In this document: positions 41,030 through 54,103 of the stretch, in pieces
Position numbering within the stretch: position 1 is the first letter of the stretch
Layout: every line of letters starts with the position of its first letter
Assembly (NCBI GenBank): GCA_012295275.1
Contig: CM022677.1
Span: 4,092,001 to 4,156,000 of the forward strand
DNA length: 64,000 bases
Reading direction: 5' to 3'
DNA from: Chrysomallon squamiferum
Taxonomy: Eukaryota > Animalia > Mollusca
The notes under the pieces: model-generated
What the model was told of the DNA's origin: nothing
Database searches by the model: none
Seen by the model: only the letters and a program-made list of their open reading frames with translations
Translations under genes and position numbers: made by a program

Positions 41030-44000
41030 TGCAGTGAAGGTTTTCCTGTCAGCCAGCTGGAATCCCAGGACGGGGTATATGTTCTGGAAGCCCTGTTAGT
41101 TGTGCCTTCACTGTCTCTAAAAACAATATCAGTCTCATCAAGCTTTTGATTATAAATACAATGCCTCGTTCGTTACTGCAAAAATGGAAATGCTGAATTG
41201 ACTTCATTCCTTTCTGAGGACAAAACCACCCACTGAATTACACCTGCCAGTCGTATATTGTCACACGCACATCTCCGCTTTCAAAACCTACAACTTGGTT
41301 GATTCCCTTTTGTTACAAATTGGCAAGTAATCCACTTCTGAATGTCTGAACTTCTGAATTTTAATAAAGCAAAACACCAGTCTGGTGTGAACTTGGTCTG
41401 GTCAGCAGGCATAAAATTAAGTGTTACTTCTGTATGGAGTCCACTCATAACCCTCCACGCAGCATTCCACAACATAAAGTGATTCTTATTTTGTCCACTA
41501 CAATTGTCACCATGTTAAGTTCACTTTCAGTTCTGCCAGGCCAAACTTCAGTAGAAAATGGTGTAGTAAAGAAATTTCTGTAATAGACCCCTTGCTGCTA
41601 TTCATCAATCAAATAATTAATCTGCTGAGGAAGGGCCTGACAACAAATTCCAAAAATCCCACATTTTCTAGGTACAAGGAAATAAACTGGTCCAGGCTGG
41701 AGAAGACTACTTGGTAAGTGGACTTGTTGAGTGAAGTTGAAAGAATAATGAATTGTACCAGGCAAAGAGTTAGGTTGGTGACGGCTAACATTGGTAATAT
41801 TAAATCTTCAGCAGCAGTAACTTTGGACTCTGCCACAGTGTTATTATAAAACTTCCTTTCAGATTCCACAATACACAGATGACCTAGTTGTTCACCAAGC
41901 ACTCGCATTTTCTCATTTTCTGGAAGTCTGGCAGTTCAGTGAATTATCTTACATTATCTCATCTTCTGGAAGTCTGGCAGTTCAGTGAATCATCTCACAT
42001 TATCTCATCTTCTGGAAGTCTGGCAGTTCAGTGAATTATCTTACATTATCTCATCTTCTGGAAGTCTGGCAGTTCAGTGAATCATCTCACATTATCTCAT
42101 CTTCTGGAAGTCTGGCAGTTCAGTGAATTATCTTACATTATCTCATCTTCTGGAAGTCTGGCAGTTCAGTGAATCATCTCACATTATCTCATCTTCTGGA
42201 AGTCTGGCAGTTCAGTGAATCATCTCACATTATCTCATCTTCTGGAAGTCTGGCAGTTCAGTGAATCATCTCACATTATCTCATCTTCTGGAAGTCTGGC
42301 AGTTCAGTGAATCATCTCACATTATCTCATCTTCTGGAAGTCTGGCAGTTCAGTGAATTATCTTACATTATCTCATCTTCTGGAAGTCTGGCAGTTCAGT
42401 GAATCATCTCACATTATCTCATCTTCTGGAAGTCTGGCAGTTCAGTGAATCATCTCACATTATCTCATCTTCTGGAAGTCTGGCAGTTCAGTGAATCATC
42501 TCACATTATCTCATCTTCTGGAAGTCTGGCAGTTCAGTGAATCATCTCACATTATCTCATCTTCTGGAAGTCTGGCAGTTCAGTGAATCATCTCACATTA
42601 TCTCATCTTCTGGAAGTCTGGCAGTTCAGTGAATCATCTCACATTATCTCATCTTCTGGAAGTCTGGCAGTTCAGTGAATCATCTCACATTATCTCATCT
42701 TCTGGAAGTCTGGCAGTTCAGTGAATCATCTCACATTATCTCATCTTCTGGAAGTCTGGCAGTTCAGTGAATCATCTCACATTATCTCATCTTCTGGAAG
42801 TCTGGCAGTTCAGTGAATCATCTCGTTGTTTTGTTTGCACTGCAGCACAGATCAGTCTAGGGCGTCCAACAACTGTGAACATGCAGCTTCCACAGATTAA
42901 TAAAGGAGGATTTCCCTATGGTACGATAACCTAAAAAAGAAAAGAGACATAAAAATAAATAAGTATTAAAACAATCACTGCAAATTGTTATAATTTTTTC
43001 AAGTAACAATTTCTAAATAATTTAATTACTAATTTTCCATATCAAGAGTAACAATATCAATAACTTTAAAACTTAAAAACTAAGTAAGAATATAAATGTA
43101 TGCATGGTTATTTGAATTAGTGTACTGTTTTAAGCACCTTTCCTATAAAGTTTAATTTAATGTTTGTTTTAATTTATCTCCAGATACAGAAGTGAAGTAA
43201 AGGTTGGGGTGTTTAATCTTTGCTTTACAACAAACATGTATACATATTAAATTATATACATATATCAACATGTATATTCATCTATATATAAATCAAAATA
43301 TCTATACATCGTTATACAGGTATATATAAAACCCACAAATATACCAATCTATTCATTCAAATAACTATGTAGTATTAAAAATAAAACAAATTCATTAAAA
43401 TATGACACAGTGGCAGTATGATCAAATTTTGCATAATAAAAAGAATGTTCTCAGTACCAAGGAGGGGAACAAATATTAATGAGCAGTTAGAAAGAAAAAA
43501 AGTAGATTTATCAATAGTTATAATTTATTTGGTTGTGCATGTGCTCTTGAAGAATCTTTTGTGTGAAGTCACAATCAACTTACCTCGTGCAATAGCAAGT
43601 TGTCTGTAATGACTCAAAGTGAAGCCTTCATCTCAGGTGTGTGGAGTATGTTGACATCACTTCTCTTGAATCCTGTACTCGGCCAGGTAAGCTGAGTGCA
43701 TGGTCCTCCACAAAATGCTGCAGAAACTGGACAACCTCTCTGTATCATCAGAACTAAGTACACTGGATTCAATTTTCTCCCACCGCATGTTTTCTGTCTT
43801 GGAGTTACTCCATGCTGACGTAGAGCTTCAGCAATGCTGTTAGTTTATTCTGACTAACGCTGTAATAAAGAGATTAAAAAATAATTTTTGTGATTGTTCT
43901 TTGTAGCAACACTTGTATTTAATCATTGGTATACTAACTAAATATCTTTGGTATATCTAGTCTAAAAATACAATGTGGGGAAATAAATTTAGAACCCCCC

Positions 44001-45030
44001 CTCTCAATAAAAAAAATTACAATATATATACTGAACTGGATGACTGAAAAAAAAGTAAAATAACAACTTAAAAGAATACTTTGATTTTACCATTCAATTT
44101 TTAATTAATCATGTGTTCTAAACAGTAATATTTAGCAATTTAGTATCAACTCCAGCAGAACACAACTACTCATGATCAATGGACTAGAACACACACTTAC
44201 CCATCAATGAATTGGAAGGTTTCTCTACAGTTTTAGAACCTATGATGTAGCAACATCTCTGGAGTTTACGTTGTTTGTTGCCAGGGTTTTAAACATGTCA
44301 TCTCTCCATTATTCATAGTACTTGACAGTACTCCAAGTAGAATCATGTCTTTTTTAGCTTCAAAACACAAAATAAAGTATTTTTAAAATTATATTACAAT
44401 TTAGTCAGTTACCTGTTGTTTAAAAACATTTTTATATTATTCAATAATAACTTAATATATTATATGTTCACAATATTACAGAATTATACAAGCAAAGTAT
44501 TGTGATATAATCTAATGGTTAAGTTGCATCCATCCAATGAACATCCTCTTCTTTTTAAAGAATATCTTACTTTAATATGTAAACATTATAATTTATATTG
44601 CTAAATTCTTTCAAAGTTCATAAATTTTGGAGGTTTAAGAAAAGGTAGATATTATATACAAAATTATTTTATGGCTAAAATTAATACAAAACATTAGGCT
44701 AACCAAAAATGTATTCAATGTTAAATATCTATGCTTGGCTACTATTGATATTAATATTATTATATAACTTATAAGTTAAAACATAATCTGTTATTTTAAT
44801 AATTTTTGAAAACATTAAAATGACTACAAACTGAGGATAGACCCTTTATCTATAAATATTACAAACTATGCATTCTTATCTTCACTGGTTTCTGCCATAT
44901 TCAATCTCCATTCCAGCACTTCATCTCATGAAAACTGAGAAATGCATCCACGTTTTACACTTTGTCCTTCTCCGGCAGTTTTAATTTTACAATTACAGTC
45001 AAACGTTTTGTTGAAATAGACATTAATCAA
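41030..45030 (-). mobile_element. Intron-containing Sola-like (DUF7869-type) DDE transposase pseudogene; exons about 44881-45030, 44201-44357, 43584-43859, 41030-42930
   Basis: Motifs in order: FDCNCK..GCISQFS*DEVLEWR, KKDMILLGVL..CRETFQFIDG|VSQNKLTALLK, FLQHFVEDHALSLPGRV.GFKRSDV, GYRTIGKSSFINLWK..TDLC..CKQNN, HYSFNFTQQVHLPSSLLQPGPVYFLVPRKCGIFGICC..NYLIDE, DNCSGQNKNHFMLW..WRV.SGLH..TKFTPDWCF, IYDWQ..QHFHF. Many stops and frameshifts. The superfamily label is from remembered motifs. Confidence 0.8.
41905..42824 (+). repeat. 46-bp tandem repeat, 20 copies, inside the transposase exon
   Basis: tggaagtctg starts at 41921, 41967 ... 42795 (19 x 46 = 874). Unit tctggaagtctggcagttcagtgaatcatctcacattatctcatct. 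Confidence 0.97.
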
Positions 45031-45229
45031 TCATGTGATGTGTTTGCTCATTAATTTCAGAGAAGTAACATGCTGCTGTTTGTTCAGTTCTGTGTCTCCT
45101 ACCAAATTTACAGATCAACAAAATTCATTTTCTGTTTTGTTTTCATCTTAAAATGGGAACATGATTTCATCTGCATTACTGTTATTTTCAATGATTAGCA
45201 GAATTAGTAACAGACAGACCACCAATCAC

Positions 45230-45760
45230 AGACTGTTCAGTTTCTTCCAACTGATCAAACTGGCCTCCAGTTTTCAAAAGACTGCAAGGATGACATCTCA
45301 TCTACGTTTGTCATCCTGGCCAAGAACAAACTAGGACGTTTCTACTCCTGTTTGCAGTACACATTATTACTGGTTTGATCCAATCTGATGTCACTCAGTG
45401 AACCCACTCACTGCATTTACCATCCAAACCAGAGTTATAATAGTGAATTCAGCACACTTTGTCAATCACAGCTGGAGTTTTTTGTTGAATAACTGCAGCT
45501 AAACAGAATCATGTTGCCAAATCAATGTAGGAAATGTACACCTGACTTCCATTCTTTTAGATCCAGAGCCACATCATTAAATTCTGATGCAAATGGAAAA
45601 CACACGATATGTCTGGGTGAAGTTCTTTTGAATTTTTTGTATTATCACAAGTTTTAGTTGCCTCTTATGACAATCATCATCACTGACACCTGCATCCTTT
45701 AACAACATTGCAAGTCTTTGATTCAAAGGATGAGAAAACTGTTTATGAAGTTGTAAAATG
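45230..45760 (-). mobile_element. LTR-retrotransposon (Ty1/Copia-like) integrase relic
   Basis: ILQLHKQFSHPLNQRLAMLLKDAG..TCD..KFKRTSPRHIVCFPFASEFNDVALDLKEWKSGVHFLH.IDLAT*F..AAVIQQKTP, later VLGQDDK..RCHPCSLL. This is the zinc-binding plus rve-start pattern, with frameshifts and deletions. Confidence 0.7.
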
Positions 45761-46080
45761 ATTTTTTTTTTTTCTTATCAGTAATAGTGTAGAAAAGTTG
45801 TTTTGGATTATCAAGATGAACACAGTGAGTCTACAAATCAATCTGCTTTCCATGATTATAGGACTGTTGCTGTTGTTATTGTTCATTAGTTTGTATTGCT
45901 ACTACTACTGCTTTTGTTGCTATTATACATCATCTTGTACTGCTACTACTACTGGTGCTGTTGGCACTGAACATCAACTTGTACAGCAACTATAAAGAAA
46001 TGACGTTAATCCTGATTATCAATTTAATTTTTAGGGCAGATAATAGAATATCAGTTCTAGATTGTTAAATAACCTTATAC

Positions 46081-46739
46081 CAGTCTGTGTAGCAGATCCA
46101 CATGTTGCAGATCAGGCACCATAAACATAAGCACTAACAAAAATAGTTTTGAATAAATGGAATATAAAATATACATTATAACTTTAGAAATGTGCTGTTT
46201 AATGGTTTACTATTGTGATTATCAATAAACCTAATGTAATTCATTGGCCTTAAAGTTCCACCAAATCATTAACAACTGGATTTTAGAGAAATCATTAAAT
46301 AAATATTTTATTATTTGAGTCACGTTTCACTTTTGTAGGCAGAGAAGTAATTTTATTCCTCAGATTACTTACTAACAGCACCTTTCCTCACAATATAGAG
46401 ATCGTTATTTATTGTCATCTTAGAACAGATGCCTCACAGGAAACAACATGCCACCTGTCTGTTTATAATTTGTTTAAAAGAAAATTACAGTATGAATATA
46501 TTTGATTTAATTATTGCTTGTTACCTGGACATAAGACATTTGTTTCACATGCTTCGTGAAGATCCTCCTGTCATCTGTTCCTCAATCTTTGCCTCCATTC
46601 TTAGGTGTGCAGAATTTGTTGATGTTCTTATCTCAAATCTTCTTCTAGTGCCTCTGCCACATGTTTCACTACAACTACCCAGTCTTTGAAGTGACCATGC
46701 AGTCCAGGCACGGTCAACTGTAAGAGTAAAATTAAAGAA

Positions 46740-46786
<47 letters not shown>

Positions 46787-47142
46787 AATAAACTGAGAAT
46801 TAAATAGTTTTTAACAATGTCATAGATAAATGCTAAACACATAATTTTGTATTTCAGACATTAGGCAGAAAATGCTGACAGTTTCATCAAATTTAACACA
46901 TATTCAATTCACCTAATTATAAAAATAATTTAAGAAGCTCTTTATTGATATGACTAGATTTATAATTTTGATGAAAGCAGACACAGGAATTAATTCTTGG
47001 TCATTTTAAAATTCTTCCTGCTATATAAATTAAAATAATCACCTCTGTTACATGATCCTGCAGTACAGGCTTCTGTGGTTGTGCATGCACCACCTTGACA
47101 ACACCCTGACAAATCAGATATTCTTATCCAAGGGGGACCACA
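46081..47142 (-). pseudogene. Thrombospondin type-1 (TSP1) repeat gene fragment; exons 47043-47142, 46525-46717, about 46081-46133
   Basis: CGPPWIRISDLSGCCQGGACTTTEACTAGSCNR|V-DRAWTAWSLQRLGSCSETCGRGTRRRFEIRTSTNSA.PKNGGKD*..EACETNVLCP, and YGA*SATCGSATQT. WxxW, CSxTCGxG and PxNGG motifs are present, with stops and a frameshift. Confidence 0.8.
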
Positions 47143-47984
47143 CTGAAAGGATCATAATTTAATATTTCTTATAATGGTTTTGCTATTAATCAATAAAAAC
47201 TAGAATGTCAAATGTTTGAAAGAAAAACTGATGTTTAATTTAACTAAAGAACTCTGATTTGCACAATGCATGCAAACCTAATCAGTTATTATTAGTAAAG
47301 AAAATTTACATCCTAAAAATACTGCTTTAATCAGGTGGAAATAACAACATCTAAGTGCCAAATCAGTATACATATAATTTCTTAACCAGTAATATTATAA
47401 TACATTTTAATATATAAAGTAATAAATTAGTAATAGTATAACAGTGATAGCCAAATATCTAAATGAAAGAATGACAGTTAAAATTATTTAATATTACTGG
47501 ATGTATACGAGATTATAAAATCGTTGGGAAAGTAAGTGCAGTTAATACTGGTGAAATTACTTTTATTAAGTCTATTTGAAATGATTTAAGTTTATGAATT
47601 TCGAATAGCGATGTTTTTAAAATATTATTTCTCATGATAAATATTAATAATTTTGTTGTTATGTTTTACAGAGAAACTTGTGATCAACATCTACTGTAGG
47701 ACGATAGATTACATTAGAAAATACAGAGATCATATACTGTAGGGTCAAAATATTTGGACGTTCTTTTTGCGTTGGATTCTCAAAAATTATATGAAAATAG
47801 CAGATACTCCGGGAATAGGGCAACACAGATCCTATGTAAGTTAAATGGTGAAAAAAATGGTTACCTTATTAAATTACCAGTTTCAGCAGATGAAGTGACT
47901 GTAAAAGATTTTAAGTGAGCTCCCTTTACGAAAGTTTGTTTACGCAACTTCCACCAACTTTGTGTAAGGACCCCATAACACTGT

Positions 47985-48070
47985 CGTCACAGCGCATGAT
48001 TGACGTCACAAAACTCGAGCCAAATACGATGGCAGGTGCCCGGAATCTCAGCATTTGATTGGTTAAACTA
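47985..48070. promoter_or_regulatory. CpG-richer patch with CRE palindrome TGACGTCA (48001-48008) and inverted CCAAT (gattgg)
   Basis: Motifs read directly; function unproven. Confidence 0.3.
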
Positions 48071-48177
48071 ATGTTTATATAAACAATATAGATGTTTTTA
48101 TTTATTTATTTATTAAATTATTAATTTATTAATTATTAAAAACAGTATAAATTAAATTAGATTTTCTAAAGAGATAC

Positions 48178-48222
<45 letters not shown>

Positions 48223-48374
48223 ATTTTTGCTAACAATTTTTTTTAGGTGATACTCTGTAAAAATAGTCTAAGCACATTTTAGATATTTTCTCAAACTAGT
48301 GTTAGTATATTCAACAGACAGCTTAGTAATTTTACATTACTATAATTAATTCTGAATATAAGCTGAGGCCAGGA

Positions 48375-48427
48375 CGTGATCTCTGAGCCTGTTAGTTTAT
48401 AGATTAACCATAACAGCATTGTTAAAA

Positions 48428-48481
<54 letters not shown>

Positions 48482-48726
48482 TCTCTGAGCCTGTTAGTTT
48501 ATAGATTAACCATAACAGCATTGTTAAAAATGTGTGTGTGTGATCTCTGAGCCTGTTAGTTTATAGATTAACCATAACAGCATTGTTAAAAACCATAAAA
48601 ATTGTTGTGTGTGTGTGATCTCTGAGCCTGTAGATTAACCATAACAGCATTGTGTGTGTGTGTGTGTGTGTGTGTGATCTCTGAGCCTGTTAGTTTATAG
48701 ATTAACCATAACAGCATTGTTAAAAA

Positions 48727-48760
<34 letters not shown>

Positions 48761-48807
48761 ATCTCTGAGCCTGTTAGTTTATAGATTAACCATAACAGCA
48801 CAAAAAA

Positions 48808-48863
<56 letters not shown>

Positions 48864-48912
48864 TCTCTGAGCCTGTTAGTTTATAGATTAACCATAACAG
48901 CATTGTTAAAAA

Positions 48913-48946
<34 letters not shown>

Positions 48947-48994
48947 TCTCTGAGCCTGTTAGTTTATAGATTAACCATAACAGCATTGTTAAAA

Positions 48995-49038
<44 letters not shown>

Positions 49039-49086
49039 TCTCTGAGCCTGTTAGTTTATAGATTAACCATAATAGCATTTTTAAAA

Positions 49087-49145
<59 letters not shown>

Positions 49146-49205
49146 GATTAACCATATTAACCATAGTGAGTGTGTTGTGTTTATAGATTAACCATCTGAG
49201 CCTGT
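48375..49205 (+). repeat. Compound repeat: about 50-bp conserved unit alternating with variable-length (GT)n, about 9-10 units
   Basis: Unit gatctctgagcctgttagtttatagattaaccataacagcattgttaaaaa. Confidence 0.95.
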
Positions 49206-49437
49206 TGTTTAAAAATAACAGCAGTGTGTGTGTGTGTTCTTTTATTCAACATTTCATTCATATTTCATTTTAATTTCATAATATTAATTTTTATTATTTT
49301 TATTTTTTAGTAAACATCTTCATACTCTGACTCGAAAAAAAGTAATACTTTGGATGTCAAATGGCAGGTCAAAAACAAAAAAATTGAACCTTTCTTTAAA
49401 AATATGGTATAAGAGATGTTTTTTTGTTTTACCACTG

Positions 49438-49514
<77 letters not shown>

Positions 49515-50059
49515 AATTGTATTACTATTGTTTTTATCATTATAATTAATATTATTATTATTACTGTTTTTATTTATTATTATTATTAATACTATTATTA
49601 TTATTATTGTTGTTGTTGTTTTTATTTATTATTATTACTGTTATTATTGTTATTATTATTATTATTATTATTGTTTTTATTGTTGCTGTTATTTTATTTT
49701 TATAAGGGTTATTAAAGTTATTATTACTATTATTTTATTATTATTATTTCTTTTTCTCTTTCTCGTATATCTCCGTTTCTTTTTCTTTGACAAGAAATAA
49801 TATTACACAGTATCAGTGAATTTGGTTATACATCAGTTTTATATTTACACAGTTTATTCTCATATTTATTGATCTACATTTAATTATTACATGAAATTTA
49901 TGTTCAAAAGTCTTATTTATATACAGTAAAACATTTATTTTATTAAGCAGGTGAAAATTCTGGATTTTATACTTGAAATAGGATGCTGGCAATCTCAGTA
50001 CACTTTTGATAGTAAACATTTGTGAGTGTCTGTGTTTATGTATGTGTGTTATCGTGTTT

Positions 50060-50147
<88 letters not shown>

Positions 50148-51099
50148 TGAAAAGTTTTATATGGTAGAGGAGTAAGAGAACATTTGGAATATTTTCTCAT
50201 CACACAAATATGTTAACACACCACACCCTAGATCTGTACCTGCTGTGTCTTCTGTACAGAGAAATATCTATTTAACTTACACTTGTTGTTTAGATGTTAT
50301 AATTAATAATGTTGATATCTTTTAAAATAAATATAATTTTTACATTTTATGTTATTGCCTTGTTTTTTGTTATTAATGCTGTTTTAAGATAAAACTGAAT
50401 GAACTGTTACGAATGCAATAAACATCTCTTCCAAAACCTTTGAACACATGCAAATATATTTTGATATTCATTTTATGTCAGAAACTAGTATTACACCACA
50501 GATTATATTGATAATTACAGATGTGTATATATATATATATATATAATTAATCTAGAATGAAATTCCATATTTGTATAAAATAATATAACTGATAATCTCT
50601 AATAAGACAATATAATAAAAACTGCTTCTTATTTTGATATCAGTGTGTAAAATTATCAGTGCTTATAGAGGTACAGTTTAGTTAAAAATCACTGTTCTAT
50701 AAAATATCACGCTTTCTCATTTAAGTATATTATAAATAAATCAATTTATAACTAATCAGTGAAATATATTTTTATATGATTAAATATATTTTGATACAAT
50801 TAAGTATTTTTGATATAATTAAATATATTGTGATATGATTAAATATATGTTGATACAATTGAGTATTTTTGATATGATTACATATTTTCTCATTTAATTA
50901 TATTATAAATAAATTAGGTTTTTTTATTATTTTATATTAGTATTTAGTTTTTAACTCGACGAAATCTAAGAATAAATCTGATTTCTCTGATAACATTACG
51001 CGGCCTAATAAAAAATTAGAAGTAATTTTTATATCCACACACAGAACAGTTCTAATGAAGCTAACAAAGTAGAGTCAAACACAGAACAGTTCTAATGAA

Positions 51100-51490
51100 A
51101 AATAAAAAAGAATAACAAAATAAAGTCAAACACAGATAGGAAGCTTCTGTTTTTATACAGAATAAAAAATAAAAAACAGAATAACTGTTTATACAGAAAA
51201 ATAAAAACAGAATAACAAAATAAAGTCAAACACAGATAGGAAGCTTCTGTTTATACAGAAAAATAAAAACAGAATAACAAAATAAAGTCAAACACAGATA
51301 GGAAGCTTCTGTTTATACAGAAAAATAAAAACAGAATAACAAAATAAAGTCAAACACAGATAGGAAGCTTCAAACACAGATAGGAAGCTTCTGTTTATAC
51401 AGAAAAATAAAAACAGAATAACAAAATAAAGACAGATAGGAAGCTTCTGTTTATACAGAAAAATAAAAACAGAATAACAAAATAAAGATA
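51100..51490 (+). repeat. 62-bp minisatellite, about 5-6 degenerate copies
   Basis: cacagatagg at 51231, 51293 and 51355. Confidence 0.9.
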
Positions 51491-53724
51491 TCTCTGTTGT
51501 TGTTATTGTTCTCCCATGATATCAAGAGGACTTTGACAAAATTGGTGTCTGCTTTATTGTTATACCTGATATAAATATACGATATTAATAAAATATGAGA
51601 TTAACATTTCTCAACATACTTAACTACAAACTCTAAATATCACTGCTCATAATTAATTCTCATCTTTTTATTTTTATAAGTAATTAAACCGCTTATTTTC
51701 ATAACGCCATGTAGAATTATCATTTATAAATGTCAGTAATGTCTACTATATTAACTGTGCTTATCAATATTTCTGAAGCGGTATCTGAAGTTAGTTCACA
51801 ATGTTCTGCTGACTGTTTTTCAGTGAAACATATTCTGGTGGTTATTAAATGTCACACTGTATGCGCCCTCTTTATTTCTCGATATATTTTTGACATCACA
51901 TACAAAGCTACTGTTATTTATAAAAAGATTATAACCCAGAAGTTCAATCTATATTTCTGAATGTTCACAGTGAAGTCATTTGTAATTTTCAATATAATTT
52001 GTCGTATAACTAACTGAATATCATCTCATTCAAGAAGGATAGTTGAGAAATTCAGAAATAAAGAGGCCTTCCAGATTACAATTTTGTGTTATTAACAAAA
52101 TCAGGATTAATTTTTAGTTCCACATGAGATTGTATTGATAATTAAATATTGATTTTCTTTTCCTATAGAGGTGTTTATTGAAAAGCTGAGGTTGCATTGT
52201 TAGATATTAGCAAATAATTAATTATATATGAAGTGATATTCATTTTAATATTTCTAGTTCAGAAGTACAGTGAATATTCAGGAATAAAATATTGCAACCA
52301 GATAAAAAGGTTATTTCACTAGCAAGTGTGATATTAATGTGATATTTCTCAACGTAATGTATGTTGTGTTTACTACATCATGGCAGCAAATGTAACGTAG
52401 CATTTTTGTTGAGAAAATACACTATTTACATTGATAATTTTACACTGCTTAATTTTTGCACTGTTTAAATAGTGTTAAATGTTATAAGCTTGATCCACAG
52501 ATTATATTGTGTGGTATCCTGAAGACAACAGTGTGATTTCTTTAATAGTCTTGCCATTCTGCTGGAGGTACATCATGCGATCCAGCAAAAATGGCAGTAC
52601 TTTTTATTATTATTATTTTTTAAAAGACATCTAAAATCGAAAAAACTTTCTCAGTTGAAGTCTGTCAAATTTGCTTAATAAAAGTTAATATCATCAAATT
52701 TAAATCAACGTTTTATTTACTATCAGAAATAATTTGATTAATCTGAAATTCATCAACATTTTGAGGTTTATTAAAGTACTTTTATTAGGATATATTTGTT
52801 TATTTAGAATTAGAAAATGTTTTATTACCATCGATTTATATACGTTTCATCGGAAATTAAATATACACTTTTTTTAAATTATAGCACAAAACATATATAT
52901 AATTAAAGATGTAGTGCAGATGCTTAAGTTTTTTCTAAACTGAGAAAAAAGGTTGCTAATCTGGAAGGAGATTCACAGTTATTCAAGATATCGGACTTCT
53001 CTTAAAATATACACGGTTGGTGTCACCGCTACTCTCTAACTATGAATGTTCTGTGTAACACAGTTTAGCTAAAATCCCGCGTAAACTACTACACAAATAG
53101 TGCTCACGTTTTTAAAATGTATTTTTATAACTCAGTGGTAAAATTAACAGTGTAAATAGCGTTATCCTTAAGTAAAATTGACACCTTATTTTTACTTGTT
53201 TATAATTATGTAATATTTGTATAATTTATTCGTGAACATATCGGTGTCCTTAATTAAAAATATCACCATGTTTCTTGCTTGTTTATAATTACGGGATGTT
53301 TTATGATTTATAGTGTGAACTGCGCTCGTTATACAAAATACACGTGATAGCTTTGTATTCATAATGGAATATCATTTAAGTTTTCTTCTATTTTCTTATA
53401 AATAATAATAATAATAATAATAAAATTAAAATAAACTGAAAGTACGCTCTAAATTTCCCAAAATACAGGTATTCTCTATAATCTATGTTCTTACTTGAAA
53501 TTATCATTTTAATCTGTAGTGTAATATAATTTATGACATTAATATTGCACCTGATAACGTTTTGTGCTTTTAGCAGAAGGGGAGTATATAGAGAAACGTA
53601 CAGATTAATAATCTTTTCTAAAACTGTAAGATGTTATAAAGAAAAAGTTGATTGGGCGCGAGATTAGACTAATACATTTTTGATTAATTGTAAACAAACT
53701 ATGACACGGTCATATCAACATTTT

Positions 53725-53757
<33 letters not shown>

Positions 53758-53935
53758 CACATACATATCTATCTTCCTATTAATCTATAATCTCTGTAAT
53801 CCGTTTAATAAAAATGCATCAAATCATTTATCCCCAGACAAATGGGACAAAAGAAAATATGTCAGAAAATACTAATATTATTTTATCCTAATACAAACTG
53901 GAAAAGAGAAAAAATACTATTCTCTCAGAATGCAC

Positions 53936-54103
53936 CTGATAGAACTGTAATTGAAAACAGTTTTCTTTCATCAGATAAACTACACAATCACTTTCACCAA
54001 GTTCTACTTCAGTGTACACGGGGTGAGCTAATCTGTAAGTGTGACGTTTCCATGACTCCTCTGTGTTCTGCACAATTAGCTCATCCTCTTCTCCACTTCT
54101 TGT
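53936..54103 (-). other. Orphan exon-like block (168 nt, phase 0-0, open)
   Basis: tttttctcag|TRSGEEDELIVQNTEESWKRHTYRLAHPVYTEVELGESDCVVYLMKENCFQLQFYQ|gtgcat; no family recognised. Confidence 0.3.

Noticed and set aside
48375-49205. CRISPR-like repeat-spacer appearance
   Set aside because: The spacers are only (GT)n of varying length, the context is eukaryotic and there are no cas genes.
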